Shown here in pieces: positions 25,236 to 33,082 of a DNA stretch of 64,000 nucleotides. The notes under the pieces were generated by a model, which was given only the letters and a program-made list of their open reading frames with translations, had not been told where the DNA came from and ran no database searches. Every line of letters begins with the position of its first letter. The first letter of the stretch is position 1. Source of the stretch: a virus; IMG/VR virus record IMGVR_UViG_3300003314_000001, positions 1 to 64,000 of that record, one strand, 5' to 3'. The position numbers and the translations under genes were made by a program.

Positions 25236-25653
25236 TGTAGAGAGTGGTTTCGTTAAGGTCCCAACTCCGTTTCGCTTCATCTACCGGCACGACTTTCTGT
25301 GGGTCGTCGTACTCGATAGGGTGTCCGTTATTGAATTGGGCGATTCCGAATTCGTACACGTTCTCGCGGTCTTTCTCCACGATGATGATTGTTTCAACCT
25401 TACCTTGGTCCAGTAGGCGTTCCTGCTTCGAGAGCTTCTTCAGAATGGATTCGGAGACGGCGTATCCTTGAAGTTTCTCGAAGAAGTGTTTGTCGTCGTC
25501 GCCGTGGTCTTCCCGATTTCTACGGGATACATAGCACAGTCCTCGTTCTTCGGACCGTGCGAGGTATCCTACTGGTCCGCGACGGAAATGGTTGATGTTA
25601 CCTTTTTTATGCAACTCGGGTGGGCCGATTTCCTCGAAATCGTAAAGGGACAT
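25231..25653 (-). CDS. Hypothetical protein
   Basis: 140-aa ORF. Its stop overlaps the promoter repeat that faces the tRNA island. Confidence 0.55.
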   Translation of the reverse strand: MSLYDFEEIGPPELHKKGNINHFRRGPVGYLARSEERGLCYVSRRNREDHGDDDKHFFEKLQGYAVSESILKKLSKQERLLDQGKVETIIIVEKDRENVYEFGIAQFNNGHPIEYDDPQKVVPVDEAKRSWDLNETTLYT

Positions 25654-25673
25654 TTTTAATGGGCTAAACCCAA

Positions 25674-25886
25674 TTAATCGTCTTCTTGAAGACTTGTTTC
25701 TACGTTCATTTCTTGAACTTCTTCTTTTTCCAAGTATCTGCTTAAGTCATTCTGCAATTTCTCGCCGAGAAATTCAACTACTTCATCCTTGGAATCAAGT
25801 TCTTGTGACTCTTTGATTTCTTCGATTTCTTCATCAGTAATCGGCGATTCAAGAACGAAATCTATCTCTGCAATTGCTTTATTCAT
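25674..25886 (-). CDS. Hypothetical acidic protein
   Basis: 70-aa ORF with ATGA overlap to the upstream gene. Confidence 0.5.
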   Translation of the reverse strand: MNKAIAEIDFVLESPITDEEIEEIKESQELDSKDEVVEFLGEKLQNDLSRYLEKEEVQEMNVETSLQEDD

Positions 25887-26131
25887 TGTTTTTCTTCTGG
25901 ATTCCGGTCTACTTCTTGTCGGTCTTCCGTCACGAGAATCGTCCAGTTCCGGTTGAACATCTCGGTCTCGTAGGCGTCCAACTTCAGAAGGTCAGTTCCT
26001 TCCAGTTCGTCGTTAACGTACTTCTCTACGTAGTGACGCCATGATTCTTCCAGTTCTTCGTCGCTGTACTTGTTAGCGTTCTGTGCGTCGGTTCGACAAT
26101 CCGGTTCCGATTGGTTTTCTTCGTCTGTCAT
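25883..26131 (-). CDS. Hypothetical acidic protein
   Basis: 82-aa ORF, co-oriented. Confidence 0.5.
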   Translation of the reverse strand: MTDEENQSEPDCRTDAQNANKYSDEELEESWRHYVEKYVNDELEGTDLLKLDAYETEMFNRNWTILVTEDRQEVDRNPEEKQ

Positions 26132-26394
26132 GAGGCCGTGTTACTCCTTTATGCTTCTCGCAGAATCCTCTACCGTTCGGTACAGGCTTTCTATTACATC
26201 CGGGTGTTCTGCACATAGTTAGAACAGGGGTGGGGACAGTGTGTGACAGGTCTGTCCCCGAATGCCACCTTCCAGAATCGAACTGGAAACCACCGGAGAA
26301 AAGCCGGTGGTGCACCATGCGACGGTTGACGACAACCCAAGATTTCACCAATGTTCTGTCAAGCTCATTGGCTAGGAGAGAAAGTTCCCTACGC

Positions 26395-26438
26395 CTTCTC
26401 CCTCCTTACCAACAGTCTCCCTTGTATTAAGTCTTTCG
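26395..26438 (-). promoter_or_regulatory. Class-3 promoter-like repeat
   Basis: Gene-sense CGAAAGACTTAATAC-N12-TTGGTAAGGAGGGAGAAGG. Confidence 0.5.
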
Positions 26439-26473
26439 ACTGTAGGACGTGTAACCGGACCGGAACGGTCGCC

Positions 26474-26510
26474 AAGCTTAAGTGTAAGTACATTGTTGGT
26501 AAGACTCGCA
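26474..26510 (+). promoter_or_regulatory. Class-3 promoter-like repeat (plus-facing) for the C2H2 gene
   Basis: AAGCTTAAGTGT-N10-TTGGTAAGACTCGCA directly followed by ATG 26511. Back-to-back with the 26395..26438 copy. Confidence 0.5.
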
Positions 26511-27452
26511 ATGACGGAACAAGGAAACAGTACGACTCAACGGCTCTGTCCGTTCTGTGAACATCCGTTCGACAGTCAAGGTTTGTACATGCACGTCCGC
26601 AACACGGGCGGACCGAAGCATGGAGAACGGGGCTCTGTCCCGGACGGTTTTGACCCTCGGGAAGCACCTATCTTCGACCCGGAGGGCGATAACGAAATCG
26701 TGGAAACTGACCTTTCCAATGATTCGGACGAGAAGAGTCATAAACAAGGTCAGAAGAAGCTGTACAGGTGTCTGTACTGTGGCGACGACCAGAAGGGGAA
26801 GTCCGCTTTATCCATCCATCTCACGAAGTCCAGCGGCGACGAAATGCACCCGGAGGACGCTTCCACTTCGGACGAGATGTATTTCACGGTTCCGGCGGAC
26901 GAAAACTGGAACCCTATCATGGAGGAGGATACGGTTGACGAGATTGAGCGGCGCGAGCTTCGTGACCGGAAGATTTCGGAGAACCTTCCGGGAGCGGAAG
27001 GATTCGCTGATGTTGAATCGAGCTACGAGAACGATTCGGAGGATGAAATCATGAAATCTCATAACATGTGTTCGCTTACGAGTGCCGAAGTTGAACAGCG
27101 CCGCCAAGAAATCGTCATTCCGAAGGATGTGAACAAGACCGAGCAGGTCGCGGCGATTCTGACGCAGGAGGAACGGTTCTACGACCGCCCGGAAATAGTC
27201 ACGGATATGATTGACGGAAGTCGGACGACGTTCTACGAGGGTCGAAAGCTGTTCGACGCCTCCGGAGGAATCGACGTTAACAGTCGGGAAGCCGACGCCG
27301 CCGAGTCCGAACCTATTGAACCCGACGAGGAATCCGAGAGCGGCACGACAGTCGAAGTGAACGGAGAGAAGTTCGTTCCGTTCGAGGCACTTCAGGAAAT
27401 CGCTGACGCCACCAGTGAGGCCGCTGAAGAAATCATCAGTCGCTATCAGTAG
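26511..27452 (+). CDS. C2H2-type zinc-finger protein
   Basis: ATG at 26511 right after a plus-facing class-3 promoter. CPFCEHPF..LYMHVRNTGGPKH and YRCLYCGD..ALSIHLTKSSGDEMH are two C2H2-like fingers. Acidic C-terminal half. Confidence 0.6.
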   Translation: MTEQGNSTTQRLCPFCEHPFDSQGLYMHVRNTGGPKHGERGSVPDGFDPREAPIFDPEGDNEIVETDLSNDSDEKSHKQGQKKLYRCLYCGDDQKGKSALSIHLTKSSGDEMHPEDASTSDEMYFTVPADENWNPIMEEDTVDEIERRELRDRKISENLPGAEGFADVESSYENDSEDEIMKSHNMCSLTSAEVEQRRQEIVIPKDVNKTEQVAAILTQEERFYDRPEIVTDMIDGSRTTFYEGRKLFDASGGIDVNSREADAAESEPIEPDEESESGTTVEVNGEKFVPFEALQEIADATSEAAEEIISRYQ

Positions 27453-27618
27453 TCTCACTTTTCTCGTTAACTGGTTCTACGGGTGTACTTCCGGGTCTAC
27501 ACTCGGGACACAATGGACCACCGAACATTCCATTGCTTGCTTCCCGTCTCGGACCCTGCCAGTCACATCTGTCACTCGTACATCTAAGTATTCTATCGTC
27601 TTCGTAATCTGGCATCAT
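27436..27618 (-). CDS. Zinc-ribbon mini-protein
   Basis: ATG with ATGA overlap to the LAGLIDADG gene stop. RCTSDRCDW...CPECRPG. 17-nt convergent overlap with 26511..27452. Confidence 0.45.
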   Translation of the reverse strand: MMPDYEDDRILRCTSDRCDWQGPRREASNGMFGGPLCPECRPGSTPVEPVNEKSETTDSD

Positions 27619-28124
27619 AGGTCCCATTCCTCCCGGAAGTACTCTTGGTCGTACTTACTCCGCGTCGTTCTTGGGTTTAGTTCTCGAAGGTCTTCCAGCA
27701 TTCCAACTACCTCGATGAATTCTTCTTTCGTTCCAGTATGCTTCCCTTCCTGTAACGCCGGAACCAGTTCCCCCACTATCAATTCCGCTTCCTCATAACG
27801 GTCCAGTACGTAGGGACCAACGAGGTTTAGGAATCTGAGGACGCCACGCGGCTTCCCGATTGTGAGAGTGTACCGTCCGTCGTTCTCCCGGACCGAACAA
27901 AACACTCCATTCTTCGCACAGAAATCGTCTATCTGCTGTATCGCAATCGGACTCTTACGGCTGAAAGCAACCTCAAGCTCTATCGTATAGCCGAGATTGT
28001 AGTCCGAAGCCTTCTGGACCTTAGCACCAAGCGTGCCGCTTGTGTCAAGGATTCCAGCGATATAAGCCTTCGTAAGTTCATTTCGCATACTATCCATCGC
28101 CGGATTTGACTCATCCATGCTCAT
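27615..28124 (-). CDS. Free-standing LAGLIDADG homing endonuclease (single-motif type)
   Basis: 169 aa. KAYIAGILDTSGT fits the LAGLIDADG motif and the size fits homodimeric I-CreI-like enzymes. Confidence 0.7.
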   Translation of the reverse strand: MSMDESNPAMDSMRNELTKAYIAGILDTSGTLGAKVQKASDYNLGYTIELEVAFSRKSPIAIQQIDDFCAKNGVFCSVRENDGRYTLTIGKPRGVLRFLNLVGPYVLDRYEEAELIVGELVPALQEGKHTGTKEEFIEVVGMLEDLRELNPRTTRSKYDQEYFREEWDL

Positions 28125-28126
28125 TG

Positions 28127-28166
28127 TATCACCTTGTAACAGTCACCACCTCTTAAGTCTTACGGT
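28127..28166 (-). promoter_or_regulatory. Class-3-like promoter upstream of the LAGLIDADG gene
   Basis: Gene-sense CGTAAGACTTAAGAGG-N..-TTACAAGGTGATACA then ATG 28124. Confidence 0.45.
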
Positions 28167-28198
28167 GAACCTTGTCCGGACAACCGTACAAGGAACCG

Positions 28199-28240
28199 CA
28201 ACACTTAATAGGATAGACCGTCTTGGTAAGGAGGGAAGAA
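28199..28240 (+). promoter_or_regulatory. Class-3 promoter-like repeat (plus-facing)
   Basis: ACACTTAATAGG-N10-CTTGGTAAGGAGGGAAGAAGG. Back-to-back with the 28127..28166 copy. Confidence 0.5.
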
Positions 28241-28312
28241 GGAGCCTTCTCACAATCCTTACCACAGTACCCTAAACAGTACCAACCGAAACAATACAGC
28301 AAACAAGGAAGG

Positions 28313-28392
28313 TGGGGACACTTCCAGACTTTTACTGTACTTATTCAATAGGTACTGTTTAGGTTTGTACTGTTAAGGTACTGCTGTGCTGT
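28313..28392 (+). repeat. Long intergenic repeat, copy B (diverged)
   Basis: GGGGACACTTCCAGACTTTTACTGTAC..GGTACTGTTTAGGTTTGTACTGTTAAGGTACTG. An inverted GTACTGTTT-type box lies upstream at 28265-28283. Confidence 0.6.
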
Positions 28393-28433
28393 ATGCTTTG
28401 TGAGACTGTTACCACATTCCTCTAAAAATAATT

Positions 28434-28955
28434 ATGGACTGCAATAGTACCGTCCAAGAGATAACCATGAACTACGATGAAAATGAAGGTAGAGAGCCTC
28501 TGACAACACCTGACACGGAGAATAGTACGAAATTTAATGCGAACGAAGCTGACGACCCCGAAAAATTCGACAAGCTTTCCGGAATAAATACCGGAGTGGT
28601 TGACAGTTTCGGAAACGCCGACAACAGTGCTGTTTCCAGACAAGACCGAGCTTCCGCATTCGACATAATTTCCGATAAAGCAAACCTTCCGGAATTCCTT
28701 CGGCGGGAAGGACGTAACCTAATCATGGATGAAGTGGACACGAAGAAACTTTCTCGTCCCGGAACATCCGTCCACATCATCGCATTCTGTCTCGCCGTCT
28801 GCCTCGTCAACGAACGATGTGACCGACGCAACTATCACCCTCAAGGCAAGGACAACGACGTGTATCTTGCTGAAACACGGAAGGAATTCGGTTTCGACAC
28901 TAAACTAATTCATAGTTACCTTCAGAAGCTTCGTAACGAGGTGAAGGAACTATGA
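28434..28955 (+). CDS. Hypothetical protein, possible single cyclin-like (TFB-core-like) repeat
   Basis: 173 aa. ANLPEFLRREGRNLIMDEV..GTSVHIIAFCLAVCLVNE..FGFDTKLIHSYLQKL resembles one TFB cyclin repeat by eye. Needs a profile search. Confidence 0.5.
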   Translation: MDCNSTVQEITMNYDENEGREPLTTPDTENSTKFNANEADDPEKFDKLSGINTGVVDSFGNADNSAVSRQDRASAFDIISDKANLPEFLRREGRNLIMDEVDTKKLSRPGTSVHIIAFCLAVCLVNERCDRRNYHPQGKDNDVYLAETRKEFGFDTKLIHSYLQKLRNEVKEL

Positions 28956-29386
28956 CGAATCTTCCGCCTATTGTGGTTGATACCCGAGAGCAGAAGCCGT
29001 ACAAGTTCTACAGTCAAGACGTAATCCGCCGGAAGTTGGATACCGGAGACTACTCTGTTGACGGGTACGAAAACATTATTGCAGTGGAAAGAAAAAGTCT
29101 AAGTGACTATCTTCAATCAATTACTCACGAACGACGCCGATTCGAGCGGGAAGTGGAACGAGGAAGCAACATGGAACGGTTCGAGGTTATCATCGAAGCC
29201 TCCGAACAGGAAGTCCGGGACGGCGACTACTATCCTGACGTTCCACCTTTATCAGCAATTAATACCGCAAAAGCGTGGAGTCGGAACGACCGTTACGGTG
29301 TTCCATTCCGGTGGGCTGGTGGAAGGCGGGAAGCGAAAGCGTCCACCATCGACAAGCTCACCGACTGGTACGAAGAACTACGGTAG
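28952..29386 (+). CDS. ERCC4-type (XPF/Hef/Mus81-like) nuclease
   Basis: 144 aa. VVDTREQ and GDYSV...IAVERKSLSDYL (GDY...ERKxxxD) form the ERCC4 nuclease signature. Confidence 0.8.
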   Translation: MTNLPPIVVDTREQKPYKFYSQDVIRRKLDTGDYSVDGYENIIAVERKSLSDYLQSITHERRRFEREVERGSNMERFEVIIEASEQEVRDGDYYPDVPPLSAINTAKAWSRNDRYGVPFRWAGGRREAKASTIDKLTDWYEELR

Positions 29387-29563
29387 CGATAGCTTTTCTT
29401 CAGTTACGACGGAATACAAGTCTTGCCTGTACTCCAACGGCTCATCCTCGTACAGCATGTCTATCGCTTCTCGTATGGCGGCTTCCAGACTGTCTCCGTT
29501 CTTCTTGAACAGGTCTTTCGCCGCTTGCGTCACCAATTCCACCGCGAGACTGAATTCAGTCAT
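29378..29563 (-). CDS. Hypothetical protein
   Basis: 61-aa ORF convergent with the ERCC4 gene, overlapping the upstream gene by 8 nt. Confidence 0.45.
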   Translation of the reverse strand: MTEFSLAVELVTQAAKDLFKKNGDSLEAAIREAIDMLYEDEPLEYRQDLYSVVTEEKLSLP

Positions 29564-30278
29564 TGTCTATGATTCTCGGCGCAACTACTATGAACGTTTC
29601 GTTTTGAACGTCCGGAATCTTCACCGGATAATCACTATACATGCTCGCCGTTTCCACCCGATGAACACCTTGATATGGAAGATTTCCACCATACAGCTTA
29701 TTGATGTTCTTCAGGATTGGCATGGACACGTATTCCACTCGATTGGAATCATTCGAGTAGAACGTTGCCACTTCTTCAGCATGTAAGTCTGAATCATTAG
29801 CAGTAGTTTCTATCTTTTCCAGATTCGGACATCCATCCGATTCCGAAATTCTTTCTTCGTTAAACACGAAGGCCGTAGTGTAGGAACGAGTAATTATATG
29901 ACCATCAGAAACGTCAATATATTTAGCCCGGTAGTCAGTATTGCTTCTGGAGCTATCGTGACCAGAAGTAAGAGACCTACTACTAACTCCGAAAATCCGG
30001 ACGAACAACATCGCCTTCACGAATTCAGTTGATTTTCCACCGTAGTCAAGAATGTCTTCGTTTGTGACGATTCCATGACGGGCCTTATTCATGATTTCCG
30101 TGTGAAGTTTATCTTTATCCCGGATTAGCTCCATGATTGTCGTATTGAACTGCTTCTCACCCTTCAAGTAGCTAACGTACAGTTCTTTCGGAGTGGTGAA
30201 TCCGAACAGTTCGTTGATTTCAGTCGCCGTTTTCGAGCCGACTCCACTAACATCCGTGAGAATTCCACTACCTTTCAT
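29556..30278 (-). CDS. Hypothetical protein with N-terminal HhH motif
   Basis: 240 aa. LTDVSGVGSKTATEINELFG is HhH-like. Confidence 0.55.
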   Translation of the reverse strand: MKGSGILTDVSGVGSKTATEINELFGFTTPKELYVSYLKGEKQFNTTIMELIRDKDKLHTEIMNKARHGIVTNEDILDYGGKSTEFVKAMLFVRIFGVSSRSLTSGHDSSRSNTDYRAKYIDVSDGHIITRSYTTAFVFNEERISESDGCPNLEKIETTANDSDLHAEEVATFYSNDSNRVEYVSMPILKNINKLYGGNLPYQGVHRVETASMYSDYPVKIPDVQNETFIVVAPRIIDND

Positions 30279-30281
30279 GTT

Positions 30282-30563
30282 TTAAATACCTCGTTCCGCG
30301 TCTTCATTCATTGCCTGTTCCAGACGCCGCTCTTCCATCTTCATCTCCTGATGTGACGCTTCCACTGCTTCCTCATAGTCTCTCCTATTCATTCCACTGT
30401 TCGGACACGGTTCCTCCACTATCTCTCCGTCCACTTCAACTTCTATCGTTTCGTGTCCGCCGTCAGCGTACACTCCACCACACTCATCGCATTCTTTCGG
30501 AGGTTCTTCATTCCACGGTGCGTCTTTCGTTCCGGCAGAAACGCCGGGAGGATAATTACTCAT
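30282..30563 (-). CDS. Hypothetical protein
   Basis: 93-aa ORF with CDECGG and an acidic tail. Confidence 0.5.
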   Translation of the reverse strand: MSNYPPGVSAGTKDAPWNEEPPKECDECGGVYADGGHETIEVEVDGEIVEEPCPNSGMNRRDYEEAVEASHQEMKMEERRLEQAMNEDAERGI

Positions 30564-30736
30564 TTTGTTAGTATTGCAGAGCTAACCCATGCGGCCATCA
30601 AAACATTCAACAACCATAATAGCTTGGTTGCGAGCGGTACTACTTTTTCCGGGTCAGGTCCGGAGGGAGCTACACGACACAAATCTTCAACGACCAACTC
30701 TATCAGCTTCCGAAGAAGTTCTTTCTTGGAAGACAT
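30560..30736 (-). CDS. 58-aa protein with C-terminal TM helix
   Basis: MSSKKELLRKLIELVVEDL...LLWLLNVLMAAWVSSAIL. Abuts the upstream stop and has ATGA overlap downstream. Below the ORF-track cutoff. Confidence 0.4.
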   Translation of the reverse strand: MSSKKELLRKLIELVVEDLCRVAPSGPDPEKVVPLATKLLWLLNVLMAAWVSSAILTK

Positions 30737-30943
30737 TTATTCGACTTGTTCCGGAACTTCGATATTTCCTTCATCTACCTCTCGCTGTATCCGCTCTTGA
30801 AGACAACGGTGTCGAAGTTCTGAAATAGTGCCTCGCATGGCTTCGCATTCCACTTCGATTTTGGAATCATCTGTGTCTTCCTGTACTTCCTCGATTAGTT
30901 CTGCCGCGAACTGTAGTTTGCGTGTATTTTTCATACTTGTCAC
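30737..30943 (-). CDS. Hypothetical protein
   Basis: 68-aa ORF, co-oriented. Confidence 0.5.
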   Translation of the reverse strand: MTSMKNTRKLQFAAELIEEVQEDTDDSKIEVECEAMRGTISELRHRCLQERIQREVDEGNIEVPEQVE

Positions 30944-31185
30944 ACTCCTTCCGCCAACTTCCCCAAGTTGAACACCGATAGCTCGCCCGGTGTCAGGACG
31001 ACCGCCCCGTTTCGCCGCTTGTTCTCCTTAGCGACGAGACGGTTTGACGGAAAAATTATTAAAACTTCTATTCTCTTAGTTTGTTCTAGAAATCTTGTTT
31101 CATGATGTGTTTTCCTTTATATATTTATTCCACTGTTCTTCTGTCACGTACTCCGTGATTGGACCGGAATATTCTTGTGGATTGT

Positions 31186-31773
31186 TCATGGCGAATGTTC
31201 CTCTTTCACGTAGCCACAGACGGCGCACTCAACGCTCCCGTAGCGCGTTCCATCTGGTAGGCTTGCCTCGGACACCTTTTCAGCCTCGAAGCCGCACACG
31301 ACGCATTCCACGCCCTCTCGAAGCGACGAAGTACTCTTAGTGTTCCGTAGGTGGAACTGAAGCCGACCTTCGTACTCGTCCCACGGAACCAGACAGTTTT
31401 CGTTTATGGTTCGCGGACACTCCACGTCCGACCGGACGGCGACTTCCAGATTGTATGAGGGTCGAATTGTCACGTAGGGAGAAATAGTTTCGTGACCCAT
31501 TAACTCGTCGTCTTCATCGAACAGATTCAACATGTCTTCCTCTTCATGAAGCTCCCTGTAACGGTCCTCGTGCTTGATTCTACTAACATCATTTTCTCTC
31601 CAAGTAATTCCAGTTACTCGGAGCGGAATGCCACCATACTCGGCGTTCGCAAACCAGTGGCCGTTCGAGTTGTAATCAACCGTCACCAAATCACCTTTCT
31701 TGAACTTCGCCGTCCTTTCTACGTGTTCAGTAATCTGTTCTTTCTTTTCGTCCGTCATATTGTGCAGGTTCAT
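31186..31773 (-). CDS. Hypothetical protein with C-terminal CxxC pairs
   Basis: 195-aa ORF with CVVCGF...CAVCGY. Confidence 0.55.
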   Translation of the reverse strand: MNLHNMTDEKKEQITEHVERTAKFKKGDLVTVDYNSNGHWFANAEYGGIPLRVTGITWRENDVSRIKHEDRYRELHEEEDMLNLFDEDDELMGHETISPYVTIRPSYNLEVAVRSDVECPRTINENCLVPWDEYEGRLQFHLRNTKSTSSLREGVECVVCGFEAEKVSEASLPDGTRYGSVECAVCGYVKEEHSP

Positions 31774-31994
31774 AGTTTATCTACCAGTTTCACTCGGTCT
31801 TCGTACACTTTCCTCACGTCGGGCTTGTTCTTCACTTGCTCTACCGCTTCCTGTCTCGTAACAACATCCATGTAGAATGTGTCTGTCACGAGCTTACTGT
31901 TCCACTTTCCCATTCCTAGACTTCCAGTTTTTCGTTCCACTTTCGCCGGAACGTACCATACTTTTTTATCGGGCATTATGAACACATCTTGCAC
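31770..31994 (-). CDS. Hypothetical protein
   Basis: 74-aa ORF with ATGA overlap downstream. Confidence 0.5.
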   Translation of the reverse strand: MQDVFIMPDKKVWYVPAKVERKTGSLGMGKWNSKLVTDTFYMDVVTRQEAVEQVKNKPDVRKVYEDRVKLVDKL

Positions 31995-32158
31995 TTGATT
32001 GGTTCGTCTTCGTCTAACGTATCCAATGCGGTCTGACTGACGAATCCTTCGTTATTACAATCATCGCAGACGACGAAAACGAATTCTGGCGACACTATTC
32101 TTTCTCCGAACATGCTTGTTGTCAGTACTTGCTTCCTATCCTTGAACTTGAATCTCAT
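31976..32158 (-). CDS. Hypothetical protein
   Basis: 60-aa ORF, co-oriented. Confidence 0.45.
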   Translation of the reverse strand: MRFKFKDRKQVLTTSMFGERIVSPEFVFVVCDDCNNEGFVSQTALDTLDEDEPIKCKMCS

Positions 32159-32472
32159 TCTTCCACTTCCTCTGCTTCCACTAATGCTTCCTCGGCAGTT
32201 AACTCTGCCTGTTCTAAATGGTTGAGAATCCGCCGCAGTAGGTCGCCGTCCATTACTACTTTCTCCGAACTTACTATCTCGTCCGCTTGAATGGAATGGA
32301 AAGAAAACTGTTGGAAACCTTTAACTTTCACGATTTCCACTTCCACTTCTTCTGGAAGTTTGTCCTTCCGGACTTGTTCCAGCATGTTCTGTAGGGCGTC
32401 CATGCTGTTCGACGCTTTACCCCAATGGTTACTCCACATCACAATCGCTTCAAGGTCTTTGGTTTCAGTCAT
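32155..32472 (-). CDS. Hypothetical acidic protein
   Basis: 105-aa ORF with ATGA overlap downstream. Confidence 0.55.
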   Translation of the reverse strand: MTETKDLEAIVMWSNHWGKASNSMDALQNMLEQVRKDKLPEEVEVEIVKVKGFQQFSFHSIQADEIVSSEKVVMDGDLLRRILNHLEQAELTAEEALVEAEEVEE

Positions 32473-32617
32473 GATGAATGTTCATCTCGTTTTGCGTTCC
32501 ACAGTCGATACATTCCACAACCAAAACCTCAACTTCTTGGTCGCGGTGTCCTTTCACAAACTGGAAGTCGTCGCACTCACAGTCTTCCGCCTGACATTTT
32601 ATTAGTACGTTTGTCAT
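32465..32617 (-). CDS. 50-aa zinc-ribbon mini-protein
   Basis: MTNVLIKCQAEDCECDD...VVECIDCGTQNE. Directly downstream of a class-B promoter repeat. Confidence 0.4.
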   Translation of the reverse strand: MTNVLIKCQAEDCECDDFQFVKGHRDQEVEVLVVECIDCGTQNEMNIHHD

Positions 32618-32634
32618 ACTTGGGTTGTTGTCGC

Positions 32635-32673
32635 TGTTTCGGACTTTTCATAAAATATTTCAAACTATGTCCG
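32635..32673 (-). promoter_or_regulatory. Class-B promoter-like repeat
   Basis: Gene-sense CGGACATAGTTTGAAATATTTTATGAAAAGTCCGAAACA. Inverted ends CGGACAT/(A)AGTCCG. Confidence 0.5.
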
Positions 32674-32675
32674 GA

Positions 32676-32795
32676 CTATATCAGCAATAGAAATATTACT
32701 AAGAATAGTAATGTGAGAATTATCGAGTAGACTATCGACCAAGCAAACGGAGCCAGTATCCTTTCATGTCTTCTCTGTTCTTCTTTCGTAATCAT
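32676..32795 (-). CDS. 39-aa TM mini-protein
   Basis: MITKEEQRRHERILAPFAWSIVYSIILTLLFLVIFLLLI. ATGA overlap with the upstream stop. Confidence 0.35.
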   Translation of the reverse strand: MITKEEQRRHERILAPFAWSIVYSIILTLLFLVIFLLLI

Positions 32796-33082
32796 TCTTC
32801 GTACTCCGTAGGTGGCGGACACCCATATTTATTTTCCTCCATGAAGCTTTTTGCCGCTTTCACTGCTTTTACCTTCCCGGTCATTCCTCCACCATTATTT
32901 CCGGAAATGGTATGGGAGTCCGGTCCGTAACAGCTTGTAAAGAGAGCGGTCCAGTGTCCTCTCTTTTTTACTACAACAACCCGGTACGGACTGTTCTTGT
33001 ACGACCACTTCTTGAAGTCGGGAAGGCCCGTCAACTTCCTCCAACCGCCTATTCCACTTTCATCCTTAGTTGACGCGCTCAT
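32792..33082 (-). CDS. Hypothetical protein
   Basis: 96-aa ORF, co-oriented. Confidence 0.5.
   Translation of the reverse strand: MSASTKDESGIGGWRKLTGLPDFKKWSYKNSPYRVVVVKKRGHWTALFTSCYGPDSHTISGNNGGGMTGKVKAVKAAKSFMEENKYGCPPPTEYEE

Noticed and set aside
29103-29786. 227-aa plus-strand ORF overlapping the ERCC4 nuclease gene out of frame and antisense to 29378..30278
   Set aside because: It conflicts with a motif-supported nuclease gene and two co-oriented minus genes. Its translation is Ser/Arg-rich and low complexity.
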